Source: Pseudomonadota bacterium (GTDB taxonomy: Bacteria > UBA10199 > 2-02-FULL-44-16 > JBDRGF01). From it: DNA of 38,971 nt. The notes under the pieces were generated by a model. That model was not told the DNA's origin. It saw only the letters and a program-made list of their open reading frames with translations, and did no database searches. Both the position numbers and the translations under genes were made by a program. Below, one piece after another: positions 37,318 to 38,971 of this stretch. Location: NCBI GenBank assembly GCA_043818055.1, contig JBDRGF010000031.1:1-38971 (forward strand), written 5' to 3'. The number at the start of each line of letters is the position of its first letter. Position 1 is the stretch's first letter.

Positions 37318-38781
37318 ATGAAGATTCGAGATTTTTTTCCCAAACCAATTTCCCCGGTTTCAGCCGATAAACAAACAATCGTGGGGGGGAGTGTTCCTTC
37401 GCCTGAGATGAGCAGGAATGTCGGGGATAATGTATTTGTGTCCAGGTTTGTTGGTTGGACTGTCAACGCTTCGAAGAATTCCGACATCAAGATTTGTCGG
37501 GATGAATTCAATTTTCCAAGACTTCTGATTTCTAATCGCAGTGTTTTTTTCTTTGGAGGAGATCATACGAGCGACGATATTCTGATTCTCAATGCCAGCG
37601 ACAGGCTTTTGGAAATCGAACCTGCATTGATATCGGGTATGAGGATCAGGCGAACAAAAGGCGATATAGAGATAAATATGTTTGAAGAGATTGAGACCAG
37701 CAGGGGAAAAAGGATCAACAAGGTCGAAATCGGAGATAGGTGGAAAAGGCTAAATCCAGAGGGTTTTATCGAGATAGATGGTCTGAGGATTAATTACAGA
37801 ATTTTAAGGGAAGAAAAGAAAGAGGCAGCTCACTCAGACTTTTTTTATGCATCACTTGTCGCCCCTGATGGTGAGGTTATTCCCATTCGACTTTTTGAGA
37901 AGTGCGCTGAGCGCAAAGGAATCGTTTTGACGAATTTTCTCTCGCCTAAGTTCGACGGTTTTTTTCCGGTCATGCTTTACGGCGAGTCCCCCTTTGCTGT
38001 GACGATATCTGTCGGAGATGCAAGTCTTGGTTCTACAACATACAGAGTTCAAAAATATATCATGGGCGGTGATGAACATTTTTCGATAGGTAATGGGTTG
38101 AGCCTTATTGAGGGGGATGGTTTTGAGCTTGAGAATGGAAAAGAATATTTCATAAGGGAATATGATCCCATCATAAAGATGCCTATTGAAATCGATTTTG
38201 AGAGAGAGGATGTGAGACAGGAAGAACCTGTCATAGTCTCTCTTAAATCCGATGCAGGTAAGATATCAAGTTTGGAAAAGGATGTACGGGATGTATCAAA
38301 TAAATCTCCCCTCTCTCCGGTGGCGCGTCCAAATCCTGAATCAGCGCATCCGAGGGCGTTCTTTGTATTTTCATCAGGCGATATGGTAGAGATTTCATTT
38401 AAAAAAGGAGCATGTCTCATCGGCTCTGAAGTGCCTGAAGGTAGGGATGGCTTTATCAAGGTCGATGATCAGAGCGTCTCACCTCAGCACGCAGGCATAA
38501 TGAGGAGAAGGGATGAAGAGGGTTTTAAGTACTTTCTAGTAGATATGGGGTCTGAGAAGGGGACTTTTCTGAATGGAGAGCAGCTTGCCCCCAAAGTCGA
38601 ACCCCAAGCGCCAAATTTATTTGAAAATGACGGAATCAAAATAGGTGATCAGTTATTTTTCTTCTATGCAGATGAAGGGATGGCTAAAAATAAGGCTGAA
38701 GAATTAAACATGAGCGATGAAGAGCGCGGGTTATGGAATGAACTTGAAGCTGCTCTTTCAGACTCTGAGAGGGATAAGTAA
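37318..38781 (+). CDS. FHA-domain protein (start may be ATG 37408)
   Basis: C-terminal FHA (LIGS...VSPQHA...LVDMGSEKGTFLNG...DGIKIG) plus N-terminal degenerate FHA-like regions. GCCGATAA at 37363-37370 suggests a later start. Confidence 0.8.
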   Translation: MKIRDFFPKPISPVSADKQTIVGGSVPSPEMSRNVGDNVFVSRFVGWTVNASKNSDIKICRDEFNFPRLLISNRSVFFFGGDHTSDDILILNASDRLLEIEPALISGMRIRRTKGDIEINMFEEIETSRGKRINKVEIGDRWKRLNPEGFIEIDGLRINYRILREEKKEAAHSDFFYASLVAPDGEVIPIRLFEKCAERKGIVLTNFLSPKFDGFFPVMLYGESPFAVTISVGDASLGSTTYRVQKYIMGGDEHFSIGNGLSLIEGDGFELENGKEYFIREYDPIIKMPIEIDFEREDVRQEEPVIVSLKSDAGKISSLEKDVRDVSNKSPLSPVARPNPESAHPRAFFVFSSGDMVEISFKKGACLIGSEVPEGRDGFIKVDDQSVSPQHAGIMRRRDEEGFKYFLVDMGSEKGTFLNGEQLAPKVEPQAPNLFENDGIKIGDQLFFFYADEGMAKNKAEELNMSDEERGLWNELEAALSDSERDK

Positions 38782-38971
38782 ACAGCCGATTCTCAAACGG
38801 TTTTTCGTTGTAACCAGCTGTAATTTTTATAAAAAACTTAGCAATTAACCGGCCAATCGGGTCAGGGATTTTGTGTAGGGAGGATGGGGAAATTGGTTGG
38901 GAGATTGTTTTTTTGGATTTCGATGGCAAGCCTTGTCAACCTTCTGACGAGGTTTTTCTGATTAGAGGGTT

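Noticed and set aside
38684..38971. Minus-strand 81-aa ORF and a possible gene end running in from the window edge (stop near 38862)
   Set aside because: The 81-aa ORF overlaps the FHA gene by about 100 nt with no recognisable motif; the edge fragment is too short to call.

Overview
Bacterial chromosomal window, probably from a Gram-negative deltaproteobacterium-like lineage (inferred from TonB/BtuB, an OprO/P-like porin, hopanoid hpnN/hpnO and many FHA proteins). The left two-thirds holds mostly housekeeping and transport genes: Crp-family regulator, MFS, cobalamin riboswitch-btuB-tonB, CAP lipoprotein, yjbQ, flavodoxin, glnB-histidine kinase-mscS, corA, brnQ, an MntA/HepT toxin-antitoxin pair, hpnN/hpnO split by a small protease cassette, and a porin. 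Next is an AT-rich TPP-riboswitch thi4-thiE-thiC module whose thiC carries a clean internal in-frame deletion. It is followed by a small GIY-YIG nuclease and a tRNA-Asn(GUU) interrupted by a 233-nt group I intron at anticodon position 35/36. The right end encodes three related FHA/FHA-like proteins of about 1420, 1246 and 460-490 aa. The most striking unannotated signal is a recurring sigma28-like promoter with a non-canonical upstream box (GCAAC-N15/16-CCGATAA). It precedes the FHA genes, an HExxH peptidase-like orphan, an acidic secreted protein and the porin, suggesting an undescribed co-regulated regulon, possibly for export or predation. Several REP-like and 7-nt-period repeat families are scattered through the window, and some lie in frame inside coding regions.
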